Part shown: piece by piece, positions 12,480 through 24,716 of the stretch
Numbering within the stretch: position 1 is the stretch's first letter
Layout: each line of letters begins with the position of its first letter
Assembly (NCBI RefSeq): GCF_006345805.1
Contig: NC_042998.1
Coordinates: 194,122,001 to 194,186,000, forward strand
From: Octopus sinensis
Lineage: Eukaryota
Direction: 5' to 3'
Length of the DNA stretch: 64,000 nucleotides
The notes under the pieces: generated by a model
What the model saw: only the letters and a program-made list of their open reading frames with translations
Database searches by the model: none
What the model was told of the DNA's origin: nothing
Translations under genes and position numbers: made by a program

Positions 12480-12860
12480 AGTCCATCCCCTCCTCATCGT
12501 GGTGGGGACGATGGTAACGGGTAGTGTCAGAGCTATGCCGTCGGGAACTTCGGTTCCTGGTAGGGCCACCCATGGCGGATTGGTCTGACACCGAGTGGTA
12601 TTAGGGCCACAACCCGGCAGACAGGGCTCTGGTGAAAATCCTCGGAGTGTCTGTTTCGACAACCGGCAGCTCCTCGGTCGTTCTGTCCCTGCGTCTGCGG
12701 ACAATCTGCGGCAAACAGGATGACTCCACAAGCGGGATTGTTGGGGACCGCTTATGAAATTCATATTCCCACGAAACTTCTTCCACTGCCATGGTTCGTG
12801 ATGCCTCGAGGGTGGTGGAAGAAGCCAACTCAACCCGCCCAGGGTCAATGTCGTCACAAG
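12480..12860 (+). mobile_element. RTE-clade (BovB/Expander-like) 5' UTR fragment
   Basis: GAGCTATGCCGTCGGG...CCTGGTAGGGCCACCCATGGCGGA resembles RTE 5' UTRs as I recall them. No database search was run. Confidence 0.55.
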
Positions 12861-13272
12861 TACAAGTAAGTAAATTATCCACTATGGCACTCTCTTAACT
12901 AGATATCCATCTCTTTTTTAGTATTTTAATTATCTCTATTAAATGATTTTTGAATTATTTCACTACTTACTTGTAATGTCTGAAATATCTTCAATCATTG
13001 AAATTTGGCAGAATTGGTAGAGTACTAGTCAAAACATATTGTATTAAGTCACTCTCTTTACGTTGTGAGTTCAAATCTCATCGGGGTAACTTTTCCTTTC
13101 ATCCTTACGGAGAAGTTAAGGTAAGTCAAGTACTGCGGTCGATATAATGTAGGAAACCCTTATTTATTAAATAATAAAATAAAATATCAATGCTTAAGTT
13201 AGTATTAATGTATCTAATACATGGAACATTAAAAAAAAACTTACCAGAAAGAAAAATATGATGAGAGTAAAA

Positions 13273-13659
13273 TGGAAGCATTCCGTCGGTTACGACGATG
13301 AGGGGTTCCGGTTGATCCGAATCAACGGAACAGCCTGCTCGTGAAATTAACGTGTAAGTGGTTGAGCACTCCACAGACACGTGTACCCTTAACGTAGTTC
13401 TCAGGGATATTCAGCGTGACACAGAGAGTGACAAGGCCGGCCCTTTGAAATACAGGTACAACAGAAACAGGAAGTAAGAGTGAGAGGAAGTTGTGGTGGA
13501 ATAGTACAGCAGGGATCACCACCACCCCCTGCCGGAGCCTCGTGGAGCTCTTAGGTGTTTTCGCTCAATAAACACTCACAACGCCCGGTCTGGGAATCGA
13601 AACCGCGATCCTATGACCGCGAGTCCGCTGCCCTAACCACTGGGCCATTGCGCCTCCAC
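13273..13659 (-). mobile_element. SINE family C, tail type 1, with 13-bp TSD
   Basis: Head GTGGAGGCGCAATGGCCCAGTGGTTAG. TSD GATGAGAGTAAAA at 13260-13272 and 13660-13672. Confidence 0.92.
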
Positions 13660-13937
13660 GATGAGAGTAAAAACAATATTAGTCAATGACTAAGAGCAGT
13701 TTGTTTCTAGCAAGTACGACAATCAATTCCAGATATTTTCCGGTTTTAATATGATCTCACCAGCGAAGCATAACCTTCAATATACTTGCTGAAGTAGTGA
13801 TGAACGCACCACTAAATAAATATTCAAGATGGTAGCTTTTATTGGCGTTATAAAATGGCTTCAAATTAATCCCTTCTTTTTATTTGACCAGGCCATCATG
13901 ACATTGTGTGGTTTAGCCATCTGTCTATACTATTAGA

Positions 13938-14321
13938 GTGGAGGCGCAATGGCCCAGTGGTTAGAGCAGCGGACTCGCGGTCGTAGGATCGCGGTTTCGA
14001 TTCCCAGACCGGGCGTTGTGAGTGTTTATTGAGCGAAAACACCTAAAGTTCCACGAGGCTCCGGCAGGGGATGGTGGGCATCCCTGCTGTACTCTTTCAC
14101 AACAACTTTCTCTCACTCTTACTTCCTGTTTCTGTTGTACCTGTATTTCAAAGGGCCGGCCTTGTCACTCTCTGTGTCACGCTGAATATCCCTGAGAGCT
14201 ACGTTAAGGGTACACGTGTCTGTGGAGTGCTCAGCCACTTACACGTTAATTTCACGAGCAGGCTGTTCCGTTTGATCGGATCAACCGGAACCCTCGTCGT
14301 AACCCACGGAATGCTTCCATC
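13938..14321 (+). mobile_element. SINE family C, tail type 1, with 13-bp TSD
   Basis: Near-identical to the 13273 copy. TSD CTATACTATTAGA at 13925-13937 and 14322-14334. Confidence 0.92.
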
Positions 14322-14656
14322 CTATACTATTAGAAGACAACACGAGATACGTGACATTAGCAGTTCCCTCTGATCTGTTACTATTGTCTTAAATTTTCTA
14401 CCTTACTATAGGATGGTACCTTACTATATATAAGTCGAATTATCACCAATTTGGTGAAGATCCCTTACACTTGGAACCCATCTTATTTTATAACCCTTTT
14501 GTAATTGCATTTCAACTGAAGTACACTTCTTAAATGTTTGAATTAATTTTGAAAATTACAAGGAATTTAGAGGTGAGTGGTGTTATTAATGTCCTCCTTG
14601 AACCTTTATAAGTCATCTACTTCGGGTAAGATATGAGCAAGAAGGGAATTCCAGAA

Positions 14657-14890
14657 AGGCGACGAGCTGGCAGAAACGTTAGCACGCCGGGCGAAATGCT
14701 TAGCGGTCTTTTGTGTGCCGTTACGTTCTGAGTTCAAATTCTGCTGAGGTCGACTTTGCCTATCATCCTTTCGAGGTCGATAAATTAACTACCAGTTACA
14801 CATTGGGGTCGATGTAATTGACTTAATCCCTTTGTCTGTCCCTGTTTGTCCCCTCTATGTTTATTCTCTTGTGGGCAATAAAGAAATAAC
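14657..14890 (+). mobile_element. SINE family B (possible Meta-domain type)
   Basis: AAGGCGACGAGCTGGCAGAAACGTTAG head, central GTCGACTTTGCCTATCATCCTTTCGAGGTCGATAAATTAA.TACCAG, tail GTGGGCAATAAAGAAATA. Superfamily assignment is from recalled consensus only. Confidence 0.85.
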
Positions 14891-16764
14891 AAGGGAATTC
14901 CAGAGCGTCGATGTTCTGGGAAAGAGTGACTGAGCCATTTGCGCAAGGGTTTATTTCGTTCCTCACAAAGTATCAATCTTGAGACACCACTAGCATACTC
15001 TTCATAAGGAATAAGAACTAATCCAAACTCATGAACGTCAGTATATAATTTTTGCTGACACAGACTCCAACTGGTTCTGTTTTTAACGTATAATTTATAT
15101 ACAACTTCCTAAAGGCCTAGTTTAGTTTAATCTAACAGTTAGAGAATGAAAAGAAATAAACGTGCCCTTCTCTCTTTGGCAGCATGAATGCAAGATCATT
15201 TCTAACCAACAGAGGGCGTGACTTGGCTGAACAAATAACATATTTTCCAACATATTACCCAGCTGTATGATTTTAAATAGCTCCACACCAGTCAATATAT
15301 ATTCTATTATCATACCTGTAGGAAGGGGAGGGACCAATACTTTCAACAAAAGTTGGAAGGTTCTAAGCCTATAAGGTAAAAGTTCGGTTGATAGACAGTG
15401 GGAAGTAAATACATTGATTGGTTGGTTGGTCGGTCGGTCGGTCGGTTGGTTGGTTGTTTTGTTGATTAGTAAATATATGGGTAAGAAGGCAGAGAGGAGT
15501 TAAGTAAAGTAAGCCTCTGATGAGAGGTAGACTAACTTTAACCCAAAGTTGACCTTTATGACGCGATATTAAGCGTTAACACAATCTTCTTATATAATTG
15601 TTACATTTATTACTGTTTACTTTCGTATATCGTATCCTTTTTATGCGTGTACGTATGTGTACCTGTGTGTGAGTGCGTGTATATGCATATATATATATAT
15701 ATATTATAATATATATATAATATATATATATATGCGTGTATGAGTTTCTTGAATATACTTTTCTTCGTCTTATTTACAAGTCTTTTTCTTTCTCTATTCA
15801 AATAACCACGTGGGAAAGCACGTCTGTCTTTCTTGGTTTGTGTCTGTGTATGTGTGCATATAAATATATATAAATATATATATAAATATACATACATACA
15901 TACATGCATGCATACATACGCACGCATACATGTTACTGTATATGTTTCCTACTATCATTGTTAGCGTTATTATTGTATTAATTCTTGTGTTTGTTTTGTC
16001 TGTTCCTATTCATCTCGTTTGACGTGGTCGTCAAGACTGTTGAACGTTTATCTCCGCTTCCATTTTACTCTGATACCCACAAACGACTCGAACGTCATTG
16101 GCGCCGGTAAACAAATCGAGAAGCCCACAAAGACAACACAGTTTACTAGGTTATTAACTTTTAATTGCTGAGCAAGTGACATTAGAACACAGAAGAATAC
16201 CAAACAACAGGGAGACAACTACTGAAATTGCCTAAATGGATAACAGACAACAGAATTTGATTTATTCGGGAATATCCTTCGTTTAAGACTCTGCCATCCT
16301 GTCAATGAATTCTGGACTTTGCTGTGTGATGATTTCTGCTTTTTGCACATAAGAAATGACAACTAACGAAACAGAATAATCTAGAAAATACTATAAGAAA
16401 TATATGTGAATTACAGCGATTGGCGAAGTTTTGCCGGTTTACTAGTTTTCGTTCTCATCAAATTATTTATTAATATCTTATTAGAAAACAAACCAACATT
16501 GGAGGTAAGTAAAATGTTTTGCTTCCGTCTGTAATGATATACTTCTAAAGAGCCATATTTTTGCATCTAGTCGACACGAGCACCAATAGCAGCTTATTCC
16601 TCTCAAGCCATATCTTAGTAGCTTAAAAGAGGAAGGACATATTTGGATAGTGTAGTCTTGGAAACATTGTTTGAAAATAGAGTGACGAAGTTATCGCTGG
16701 AATGGCTTGATTACTTTGACGTGCTTCATCAGAGCTGATCTGAGATTAAGCAACAGCAACAACA

Positions 16765-17120
16765 GTGGAGGCGCAATGGCCCAATGGTTAGGGCAGCGGA
16801 CTCGCGGTCGGAGGATCGCGGTTTCGATTCCCAGATCGGGCGTTGTGTGTGTTTATTGAGCGAAAACGCCTAAAGTTCTACGAGGCTCCGGCAGGGGTGG
16901 GGTGGCGACCCCTGTTGTACTCTTTCGCCCCAACTTACCCTCACTCTTTCTTCCTGTTTCTTGTCCCCGACTTCCTACGCAACCGCTGAGCCTGGATGCG
17001 CATTCAGCCATCCGTCGATGCTCTCGGTGTCGGGGGTTGACCTGCTTTCTCTTCTGCAGGTCTTACGAATAGCAAAGGACCACGTTTCGGGCTTCTCTCG
17101 CTACAGAAGACCGCTTCGCT
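16765..17120 (+). mobile_element. SINE family C, tail type 2, with 14-bp TSD
   Basis: Same tRNA-derived head as 13938 but a different 3' half. TSD CAACAGCAACAACA at 16751-16764 and 17121-17134. Confidence 0.88.
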
Positions 17121-18889
17121 CAACAGCAACAACAGTATCAACAACAACATCTTCTGCAACAAAAAGAAATATGTCACAGTGAGACTTCACTACAGTACTC
17201 AATCCTAACCCAAAAAATAGTTCATTTCTTTTATTTGCCTAAAACAAACTGGCTGAGGAATGTGTGCCAAGTCAAAAGGGACCCATATTTCATGCTGCTG
17301 GAAATTATTATTTCGATACATGTACTTAATTCTTTTCCCTAATGCAAGTTTATCAACTGTTTGTAGGTCTGCATACTCTTCATGTTATGAAACAATTATT
17401 TATGGTTAAAAAGTAAGAGAAGAAATGTCTAACGTTTCTGATTGAACTTTTCATCATTCTTCTATGAAGCCAAATAAATGTTGTATTCAGCTTAGCTTGT
17501 ACGATTTATTTTACTGTGTCAATCTCCAATGGAAAGGTATGAACACTGATTCCTGTACATCATCCCTTCTATATTCCCAAATGTTCGCACTTGATTAAAA
17601 AAATTCCATGATTTTTCTCAGTGCAGGAATTTTTTTAGATGTTGATTGATCGCAACATGTCAATGTGCATAACTCTTTTATCCTCCCGGATGTTGAACTT
17701 GAACTTCTACCGGCTGATATTTTGACTGGAAAACATGGACAGAGCGTTGTTGAGAGGAAATAATGGTGGGTTAGAAATATATTGAATAGTGAACAGAGAA
17801 TAAAAATGCAGTGATTATGAGATTAACGTGACCTTCAGGGAGCTACAATGATTCGACTGTTTCCTTTTCTTCCTGCCTCAAAAAACCGTGGCCTTGTGCT
17901 TATGTAATAAACCGATAGATTGCAAGTAGATACCCTATGCTGTTGTTATTGTTGTTTAGTCTCGGGTCCTTTTTGATCGAGCAGGCATAAGATCAGGAAT
18001 AATATTGTCCAGTGTATCCTTTATTTCAGATGGTAGGATCTGGTTTGAGGACGATTTGGTTGCTATTTTAAGCGTGGTATTTGAACTCGATAGTCTTAGG
18101 TATCAAACAAGAGTATCCATATCAAATACATATTGACAGTCACTCATCTATGAACGGACAACTTGTCTTTCCTAGCATATTCGATTCTAGTTAGCTATTA
18201 TGATAAAGGGAAAAACTCCGGCATTGTAGGAAGTTGATTATGGTGTGTGCTGACATTAATTAATCAGTTGAATAATTCGATAATTTCAATTACAATGAAG
18301 AAAATAAATTATCTATAACTATAACGAAAGAATTATTTAACATATACCAATGCACATAAATTGATAACTAAAGATTCCGATTTTTGACTCTTCAGTCATT
18401 GTGAGAGTACTATTTTGAGAGTACTATTGTGAGAGTCATTGCGAGAGTACTATTTTGACTCTTCAGTCATCATTGCGAGAGAACTATTTTAGAGAAATAG
18501 TGTGATATAGCCTCTTACGTTTCAAGTTTTTTCCTTCGTCTGACAACAAGGAGGAATGAAAAAAAAGTATCATTATCGCTTGGGTAGTAGCCTAAGTTTT
18601 ACTACTATATATATGAGATAACACATAGATATTGGTCCAACTTCTGCCATATATACACATGTCTGAATCAAAGAACAAAATACAAACGAGTAAAATCAGT
18701 TAAGAATCTATCATAAAGTGACATATATATTTTACTATATCAGTGCATTGGACTGACAATCGTCAATGCATCAAACATAGCATAAACAAAATTCGAAGTA
18801 CAACGCCAGAAATAATACACCTGATAACGAAGAAGAAAAAGATGTATGTGTGTGTGTGCATACGTACGCACAGATATATACTATCGTGT

Positions 18890-18998
<109 letters not shown>

Positions 18999-19000
18999 GT

Positions 19001-19287
19001 AATGTAATATGTGACAATTATTCGGTAGCCATGATAAAACTCCGAGTTTCGGATACCGAGGTGAAAATCCACGCCACCATCTCTTCAGTTATCTGGCCAT
19101 CGGAAAAAGGCTATGAAAAATGACCGTTATACAAAGGGAAATTACTGTGTGATTTGTATAACGGTCATTTTTCATAGCATTTTTCCGATGGCCGGATAAC
19201 TGAAGAGATGGTGGCGTGGATTTCCACCTCGGCATCCGAAACTCGGAGTTTTATTATGGCTACCGAATAATTGTCATATATTACATT
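19001..19287. mobile_element. Foldback element (135-bp arms, 17-nt loop) with one hammerhead motif per arm
   Basis: Arms 19001-19135 and 19153-19287 are near-perfect inverted repeats, directly after a long (TA)n. Confidence 0.85.
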
Positions 19288-19362
19288 TACAGATAAATTC
19301 CTCTATTTACATAATATCGAGGTCTCTTTCTTTCTCTTGTTGTCTTACCATTTTTATCAATA

Positions 19363-19427
<65 letters not shown>

Positions 19428-19535
19428 CCATCTATCATTTATCTATCTCTGTTTAGATATGTACACGTATTTATGCATTATATTTAATGCTTTAATTAAT
19501 AAGGTATTAAAACAGACTCTCCCCAGACACAACAC

Positions 19536-19567
<32 letters not shown>

Positions 19568-19739
19568 GGAAGTGTTATAATACTTTTCCACATATACAAA
19601 AACAGCCATATCAACAATCCATACCTCTATCATCAAGCGATGCCTGTGCGTGATAATTTTTTATAGTGGGGAAATGATTTTCACAAATCCAATCACACTC
19701 CCTGAACACGTACAACATAAACTCGAAAAGAAGAACTAG

Positions 19740-20118
19740 TCTAATCATTGAATATTGTCAGTGTAGTGTTGCAGGTTTTCTCTCAGAGTTCTCCTCTACT
19801 AGAGGGCTGTTGTGACAATAACAAGGGGCCTCTCACTCCCAGTGGGCCAACTGCGCGCCTGGACACCAACCCGGGTATTTCCACGTCCCCGCGCTTACAT
19901 CTCTGCTTGCATACGCATTTACACATATTGTAGGATGGCCGTTGACTGCTCACGAGCTCTTTCGCCCTTTGACAGGTCTTATTTTTCGTCCTGCAAGGTG
20001 TCCGACAATCACCCTCCTAAACGAGCGGGCTTGATGAGCTTGCCAGTTTAGTTGACGACGACCCGACCATGCAACAGGCTGTACAGGGTTACATGTTACC
20101 AGTAGCGCCCAAAAGCGA
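19740..20118 (-). mobile_element. Dispersed repeat, probably RTE 5' UTR-derived non-autonomous element
   Basis: Shares GGATGGCCGTTGACT...GACGACCCGACCATGCAACAGG...TTACATGTTACCAGTAGC with 35385-35775. RTE origin is inferred. Confidence 0.6.
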
Positions 20119-20564
20119 CCTGATATATATGTGTATATATGTGGGGGATATGTGGGTATGTGTGTGCATATGTGTAGTGGAAGACCGAATGAGCCCACTT
20201 GCAAAACTCAGTAAGTTCATGCAAAATGTTCTAACGAAAACTAGGTGTGCTTCACTCCCAATGCTTCACATGATAGTTAATGCGTAGCTCTAAGACAGAG
20301 TAGACCTGGGAACAAAAGGGCTTAGAGGTGATCCCATACTCCTCAAAACCCTGGAATTTTTGTACCAGGGTCCCACTTCGGATGCTGTTTAAAGTCATGT
20401 CCAGGACAAATACATACATGCATAATACATACATACATACATACATACATACATACATACATACATACATACATGCATACAGATACACACAAGTATGTAT
20501 GATTATGCATTTATGCACGTATAAATATTGGTTTCAAGTTTTGACACAAGGCCAGCAATATCGA

Positions 20565-21185
20565 CGGATGGGCTAAGCAGATTACTTCGACCTCCAGTGA
20601 TCAACTGGTACTTATTTTATCGACCCCGAAAGTATGACAGAAAGGTAAAGTCGACCTTAGCGGAATTTGAACTCAGAACGTAAAGACGGACTACATGCCG
20701 CTTAACATTTTGCCTGGCGTGCTAACGATTGTGCCAGCTTGTCACTTCTGAGTGTGTAAATATTCTTTTCTACTCTAGGCACAAAGCCCAAAATTTTGGT
20801 GGATGGGGCCAGTCGATTAGATCGACTCCAGTACGCAGCTGGTACTTAATTTATCGACCCCGAAAGGATGAAAGGCAAAGTTGACCTCGGCGAAATTTGA
20901 ACTCAGACCGTAACGGCACACGAAGTACCGCTAAGCATTTCGCCCGGCGTGCTCACGTCTCTGCCAGCTCGCCGCCTTTGAGTGTAAATATTCTTCTCTA
21001 CTCTAGGCACAAGGCCCAACATTTTGGGGAAGGGGGCCAGTCGATTAAATCGACTCCAGTACGCAACTGGTACTTAATTTATCGACCTCGAAAGGATGAA
21101 AGCCAAAGTCGACCTCGGCAGAATTTGAACTCAGAACGTAAAGACAGACGAAATACCGCTGGGCATTTCGCCCGGCATCTTTGAG
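20565..21185 (-). mobile_element. Three head-to-tail SINE family B copies
   Basis: Three successive TGGTACTTA.TTTATCGACC.CGAAAG...GTCGACCT...TTTGAACTCAGA.CGTAA units at ~20610, ~20840 and ~21070. Confidence 0.88.
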
Positions 21186-21469
21186 TGTGTAAATATTGAC
21201 ATATTAATTAACTTATATGCGTTTTAAAACGTAAACATGTGTTCTATACTTAGTTTTCTGGAATGCTAGATTACAATGAAAGAAACAGTCAAGATATGTT
21301 TGTGCACGGGAATTGGTAACTGAAGGTTCCAAGTTATGATTCTTATTCCTTCATTCAACGCTTTGAGAGTATGGTGTTGTAGAAACAGTTACATGAAAAA
21401 GTGATTTTAATTAAATTAATTTCTTAATTCAGTAATGACTAAATGATTGTGGGAAATTAATGTATACTT

Positions 21470-21770
21470 TGTTGTTGTTGTTTGTTCCTTCGCGAGCCAT
21501 GCTTGGCTCATAACGGCCAGTTTCCCGGTTCCCTTGGCGTATAGGTTCCCCACCTGGACGGGACGCCGGTCCATCGCAGGTGAGCTGCAAGATGCAGGAG
21601 GAAAGAGTGAGAGAAAGTTGTGGTGAAAGAGTCAGCAGAAGTTCGCCGGAGCCGCGTGGAGCTTAGGTGTTTCGTTCATAAACATACACATCGCCCGGTC
21701 TGAGATTCGAACCCGCGATCCCTCGACCGCGAGTCCACTGCTCTAACCACTAGGCCATGTGCCTCCACAC
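21470..21770 (-). mobile_element. SINE family C, tail type 3 (V-domain-like), with 11-bp TSD
   Basis: Contains CCTGCGATGGACCGGCGTCCCGTCCAGG (resembles the V-SINE domain) and an (AAC)n tail. TSD AATGTATACTT at 21459-21469 and 21771-21781. Confidence 0.88.
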
Positions 21771-22304
21771 AATGTATACTTGAGTGAAACAGTAGAGTTG
21801 GTAGGGTTTGGGATTATAAGTTCGTAGATTTTGAGCTGAAACCCATCAACTTTTACTTATTATTAATTTTTTTTTTGCATTAGTGCCATAATGTAAATTT
21901 TAAGTGCTATTTAGAATAGGCTCCAATTATACTTGGATAAGTTACCTGTGATGGTCAGCGCTATGGAAATATCAGTTGGGATACTGACTCAATGGTCTTT
22001 TGAGTTAGTTAAGTAATAACACTAATAAAATTGAACAAAAATGTCTTCAGTATTTTAAAACTTAAACGCATCGGATTAGCAGAATTGTTAGCTCGTTGGA
22101 CAAAATGCCTTGCGGTATTTTTTCCGACTTTCTACGTTCTGATAAAGTAACGAATTTGTGATAATTTATTAACAGACTTATATTATTGGTTATAAACTAA
22201 CACACTGGTGATAATCTTTATAACGTGTGTGAAAAAATTTATAAACTCACTTATGGAAATGTTCATAAACAAAATCATGTAAATGTTTATAAACAATCTT
22301 GTTA

Positions 22305-22621
22305 TTCTGTTGTGTCTGGGGAGAGTCATTTTCTTTTTGCGCCTTTTGATTTAAAGCACTCACCGGTAAAATTTCCACTTATTTCTTATTTTTATTTTCC
22401 TAAAATTTTCGTTGCGTCTTGCAACATTTTCATTGGTCTTGACCATTGAAGAGGTTGCAAGACGCAACGAAAATTTTAGGAAAATAAGACAATTGAAAAG
22501 GTTGCAAGACGCAAAGAAAATTTTAGGAAAATAAAAATAAGAAATCAGTGGAAATTTTACCGGTGACTGTTTTAAATCATAAGGCACAAAAAGAAAATGA
22601 CTTTCCCCAGACACAACAGAA
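22305..22621. mobile_element. Foldback element with TA flanks, a 47-bp internal tandem duplication and three hammerhead-like cores
   Basis: Termini TTCTGTTGTGTCTGGGGAGAGTCA / TGACTTTCCCCAGACACAACAGAA, arms ~125 bp. A terminal fragment of the same repeat lies at ~19516-19535. Confidence 0.8.
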
Positions 22622-23615
22622 TATGCTTCTACACACGAACTCACATAAAGAATCTTGCAAACCAAATACCCAAAACGAAATCTTGTTATTGATATCTATT
22701 AACAAACGTGATGATATTATGAAACTGTCTGGTGATAATGTTTACCAACAAACTTATGATAATGTTTACGAATGAACCAGTGGTAATGTTTCCAAACAAT
22801 CTGTTCATGATGTTTGTATAAACAATCTAGTGATAATGTTTATAAAGTATCGGGTAGTTTTGTTGAACAAACCTTGTGGTTAAGTTCATAAACTCAATGA
22901 TTTTAAATTTATTCGTGACAATGTAGATTCCGTTATCTGGTGCTACAATAATTTTAAATGATTTTGTATTAAGTTAGAAATCAATGAATATGTAAGTGTA
23001 TATGTACGTATGATTGTGTGTGTGTGTGTGTGTGAAAGAGACAGCCAGACAGACAAACAGACAGAGCTATTGAAAATATACATACGTTTAATTTTGCTGT
23101 TAACTTGCGTCATTGAGCGAACTCTCGGCCGACTGCAAGATTATTTGACACTTAAAAGTGCATAGCAGTCGTGAAGAGGATACTGATGTTTCGGGCCAAA
23201 CTCTTCGGCTAAGAGAACAAAACTTCTTTCTCTCTACGGCAAGCAAATTTCTGCAAATGCCCAGATTTTTCTAAATAACTTTTACCGACATAAACACTCA
23301 GAAATTTCCTTGAACAATATAATAGTTTTACAACATCAAAGAACGTCAATAACACGGTATATGACTACAGTGATTCGAGAACATATTTTAATATGAGACT
23401 CGAAAGTAAAATGAAAATGGAGTTTCTTCTCTGTTATTCAGAAAAGTCTTAGACTTTGACACCTTCTATTTATCTTTTTTTTAAAAACATTTCACAAAAT
23501 TCATATATGTTGTGGAATATTTTCTCCCTTTCGTTCATGCATAAGTGAGAAAACATTATGGATATAAAATATTATGGATGAATATTTTGACGATAATGTT
23601 TATGTTTATAAACAA

Positions 23616-24006
23616 ACTAGCAGTATCGCCCGGCGTTGCTCGGAGTTGTTTCGACCCTTTAGAATAAGAATTTTTGAAAAGTAAAAATTTTGCATTATGT
23701 AGCTTGTTATTCTCTTTAAGTGAACATTTTTCTGGTTGAAATACACTGAAAAATGGCGACACAGCTATCAAAAAATCGTAAAAAATAGGTATTTTCATAG
23801 AAAAAAAGCACCTTTTTAATGTAAATAATTTTTGGTGTTAACATGGTTCGATTTGAATTTTTTCTTCTACGGAAGGAAGTGCAAGCCTTCTTCTATCATA
23901 GTCTCAATTTTGGTCAATTGAGCCGTAGGGTCTCAGAGGAGATAGTGTTAGTTGAAGGCTACCAAACCTGCCATACACAGACAACTTCAGCTTCATATAT
24001 ATAGAG
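23616..24006 (+). mobile_element. Second non-autonomous Helitron/Helentron-type element
   Basis: 5' ACTAGCAGTATCGCCCGGCGTTGCTCGG identical to 2142, 3' ACACAGACAACTTCAGCTTCATATATATAGAG, different interior. Confidence 0.65.
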
Positions 24007-24189
24007 ATTTGAGTTAACAAACATGCGATACTATTTATAAACATACTAGAGATAATGTTTATAAACAACTTTGTGTTTATGTTTATAAATAGACTTATGT
24101 CTCGTTTATAAACAGATTGGGGTAATATTTATAAAGTAACATATTGCAATGTTTATTGAAATAATGATAATGTTTATGAATAATTAGAT

Positions 24190-24716
24190 CAGGGTCGGCG
24201 AACTAGGGTAAATTACCCGAAGTAGGGGTAAAATGAAATTCTTGGGAGTTATTCCTTGTTACGACAGAAATTTTTCTTCTAGCATGAGGAGGCAGTCAAA
24301 AAGTTGCTGCCTTTTGCAACAAGCTACCTTTGCGAGCAAGGATTTTCCACTCTAATGAACATAAAAGCAAAACAGAGAAATCGACTGGACCGGAAGACTA
24401 TCCAGATTACTTTGGCATCAGAATGCCCCAATTTCGATGCAATTGTAACGGAGATGAAACATCATTTCACCAAAACCTGAAGTGAAAAAGTTTCTAGAAA
24501 AATCCTTCTGTTTCATAACGTAGATATTAATTTATTTTATCGCATTTGTTTTTTACTTTTTATATTTATAATTGTATTTTCCATATAAATAGATTTAATA
24601 AACCTTTTGAATTCAAAGAATCTATGGTTTTCTTCTTTTCAAATCAAAGGGGTAACGTAGACGTAAATGAATATATTTTGGGGTAAATGTTTAAAAAAAA
24701 AGCTCCCCGACCCCTG
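24190..24716 (+). mobile_element. Internally deleted hAT (Charlie/Buster-like) transposon with perfect 8-bp TSD
   Basis: TIRs CAGGG(G)TCGGCGAAC / GCTCCCCGACCCCTG, TSD AATTAGAT on both sides, remnant EAVKKLLPFATSYLCEQGFSTLMNIKAKQRNRLD (hAT dimerisation domain). Confidence 0.92.

Noticed and set aside
13938-14015. tRNA-like A and B boxes at SINE heads (families A-D)
   Set aside because: They continue into SINE bodies with TSDs and lack proper cloverleafs, so they are not called as tRNA genes.
15122-15349. 75-aa non-repetitive ORF, and similar short ORFs at 38085-38366 and 50110-50580
   Set aside because: No recognisable domain, no convincing splice-site pair, and composition consistent with decayed repeats.
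18375-18495. CTGAAGA cores on the minus strand within a short degenerate tandem repeat
   Set aside because: No stem II followed by GAAA. Explained by local GAGAGTACTATT duplications.
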